Shown here: positions 62,015-64,000 of the stretch, one piece after another
Position numbering within the stretch: position 1 is the stretch's first letter
Layout: every line of letters begins with the position of its first letter
DNA from: an uncultured Acidobacteriota bacterium
GTDB lineage: Bacteria; Acidobacteriota; Terriglobia; UBA7540
NCBI GenBank assembly: GCA_963804995.1
Contig: CAWDSK010000006.1
Span: forward strand, 672,001-736,000
Direction of reading: 5' to 3'
Length of the DNA: 64,000 bases
Notes under the pieces: generated by a model
What the model was told of the DNA's origin: nothing
The model's input: the letters and a program-made list of their open reading frames with translations, nothing else
The model's database searches: none
Translations under genes and position numbers: made by a program

Positions 62015-64000
62015 ATGCGACCTCTTAGGCTCACCCTCCTTTTGATTTTCGGCCTGATGGCCAGCAGCTTGCCGGCTTTCAGTGAGGCGGCCCGCGTGTG
62101 GCAGGGCGACCTCCAAATTCCCACCTACCAACTCGGCGCGGAAGACCCCAACCCGCCGTTTGCCATCGCAGGCCGTGGTGGTGTGTACCCTTACCCGATG
62201 CTCGACGACCTGACGGGCCGGCTGGAGACGAAAACGTACAAGGCAGTCTTCCTGGAAAATGAGTATTTGAAAGCCATCGTTCTTCCCGAACTGGGAGGTC
62301 ACCTCTATTCGCTTTACGACAAGGTCAACAAGCGCGAAGTGCTGTACCGCAACCACGTGGTGAAGTACGGTCTGGTGGCGCTGCGCGGCGCCTGGATGTC
62401 AGGCGGCATCGAATTCAATTTCCCCAACGGGCACACGGTGGTGACGGTCTCGCCCGTGGCCTTCACGACTCTGCAGGGATCGGATGGCAGCGCGACGGTC
62501 GTGGTCGGTGACGTGGACCAGGATACGGAGATGCATTGGGAAGTGGCGCTCGCGCTCCGCCCGGGTGTGGCGCGGTTAGAGCAGCACGTGACGCTTTTCA
62601 ACTCGACGCCACTCGCGAATCTATACTGGTTCTGGGCAAACGCGGCGGTTCCCTCGACCGACGACATGCAGTTCATCTATCCCATGCGGGAAGCCAATCC
62701 ACACGAAAGGGGTGTGCTCTGGTCGTACCCGATTCACGACGGCGTCGATTACAGCCAGCCGAAAAATGTTCGCCAGCCGACCTCGCTTTTCGCCCACGAT
62801 GTTCACCGCAGCTTTTTTGGCGCGTACTATGCGAAGTCCGATTACGGCGTCGTGCACGTTGCCGATTTCCGGGAAGTTCCCGGGAAGAAAGTCTGGACCT
62901 GGGGAATGGCGGACGACGGCGCGATCTGGACTGATCTGCTGACCGACCACGACGGGCCTTACAACGAAATCCAAGCCGGCCGTTATGAAACGCAACTGAC
63001 CTATGAATTCATCCCGCCCCGGCAGGCGGAGTCGTTTACGGAGTTCTGGTATCCGGTCGGGAAGCTCGATGGAGGCTTCGTGGAAGCCACCTCGCTTCTC
63101 GCGCTGAATGCGAATTTTTTTCCGGCGAAGCCGGGCACTCCGCAACACGCGGAGTTTTCGCTTTTCCCGACCATGGCGATCAAGGGAGCCAAGGTTCGTG
63201 TCCAGTTGGGCGGGCAGACGCTGAAAGATTTTGGACCCGTTTCCTTTGAGCCCATGACCGCCATCAAAGTGGGCGTGCCGGTAACGGATTTAGATGCCGC
63301 CAAAGCGAAGATTGAAATCACGGTCAGCGCGCCAAACGGTCAGACGATTTTGCACTGGTCGGCTGCCGATCCGATCGACGGCAACCCGGTGTTCGTCCCG
63401 GCCGCCGGAGCCCCGCCGCCACCACGCCCGCCTGCGGAGAAGCTGAGTGTCGAGGAACTCTACCTGCGCGGGGTGGGGCAGGAAAAGGGTGGCAGTGTGC
63501 AAGCCGCGGTGGAAACCTATCAGGCTGTGCTGCAGCGCGACCCGGGTTATGTGCCCGCACTCCAGAAAATGGCGTGGCAGCAGTTCCGCGGCGGAGACTT
63601 CCGCGCTGCTGAAACCTATATCACCCGCGCCCTGGGGCGCAACGGTTTCGACCCCTCGACGCTCTATGCGGCGGGAGTTGTATTCCGCGCCGCGCATCGT
63701 TGGTCCATGGCCCAGGACGCCTTTTGGGGAGTCATCCATTATGGGGGCGCGCAGGCGCCGGCGTTCGCGCAGTTGGGAGAAATCTCGATCTTTCTCCAGG
63801 ACTATACCCAGGCCGCCACGCAGTTATATCAAGCCCTCAGCCACAACCCCTACGACGCGATGGCCGGAGCGGATTTAGCCGTGTCGATGCGCCTCGCCGG
63901 CCGGCCCGCCGACGCAGCCAAGGCCATCGCGCCGGTTCTCGAACACATGCCGCTACTGCCCTATGCGCGCGCGGAGCGGTGGATCCTCCAAACCACGTCC
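62015..64000 (+). CDS. DUF5107 + TPR-repeat protein (partial, runs off window end)
   Basis: Translated by hand from ATG 62015 after an AGGAG RBS: signal peptide, IPTYQLGAEDPNP, VYPY, LENEYLKAIVLPELGG, SGGIEFNFP, later TPR-like helices. Confidence 0.82.
   Translation, partial: MRPLRLTLLLIFGLMASSLPAFSEAARVWQGDLQIPTYQLGAEDPNPPFAIAGRGGVYPYPMLDDLTGRLETKTYKAVFLENEYLKAIVLPELGGHLYSLYDKVNKREVLYRNHVVKYGLVALRGAWMSGGIEFNFPNGHTVVTVSPVAFTTLQGSDGSATVVVGDVDQDTEMHWEVALALRPGVARLEQHVTLFNSTPLANLYWFWANAAVPSTDDMQFIYPMREANPHERGVLWSYPIHDGVDYSQPKNVRQPTSLFAHDVHRSFFGAYYAKSDYGVVHVADFREVPGKKVWTWGMADDGAIWTDLLTDHDGPYNEIQAGRYETQLTYEFIPPRQAESFTEFWYPVGKLDGGFVEATSLLALNANFFPAKPGTPQHAEFSLFPTMAIKGAKVRVQLGGQTLKDFGPVSFEPMTAIKVGVPVTDLDAAKAKIEITVSAPNGQTILHWSAADPIDGNPVFVPAAGAPPPPRPPAEKLSVEELYLRGVGQEKGGSVQAAVETYQAVLQRDPGYVPALQKMAWQQFRGGDFRAAETYITRALGRNGFDPSTLYAAGVVFRAAHRWSMAQDAFWGVIHYGGAQAPAFAQLGEISIFLQDYTQAATQLYQALSHNPYDAMAGADLAVSMRLAGRPADAAKAIAPVLEHMPLLPYARAERWILQTTS

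Overview
This is a GC-rich bacterial chromosomal window. Gene content (Oar-like TonB receptor, FecR/DUF6600-like, DUF5107-TPR and DUF1501/PSD1 genes, many Tat-exported enzymes, dense intergenic palindromes) suggests Acidobacteriota; that assignment is inference. Housekeeping genes (trpG, trpD, sucCD, ndk, xseA, pbpG-like, tdh, tex, cydAB) and carbohydrate/peptide catabolism genes are interspersed with mobile DNA. The mobile DNA comprises a partial and a complete IS4-family element, two near-identical IS1634-family copies, an IS5-family element, a REP-associated tyrosine transposase (RAYT) with its REPs, and a complete group II intron. Highlights: (1) The group II intron sits inside a REP hairpin flanking the RAYT, and its EBS1 loop is complementary to the REP 3' arm, so it looks like a REP-homing intron; empty target copies are visible elsewhere in the window. 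(2) A lower-GC gene with a HEPN-type RxxxxH motif is wedged between sucC and sucD, overlapping both. (3) C:G>T:A changes and 1-nt indels hit conserved codons across the window, reflecting either DNA damage/assembly artefact or real decay. All family calls come from motif recognition by eye; no searches were run.
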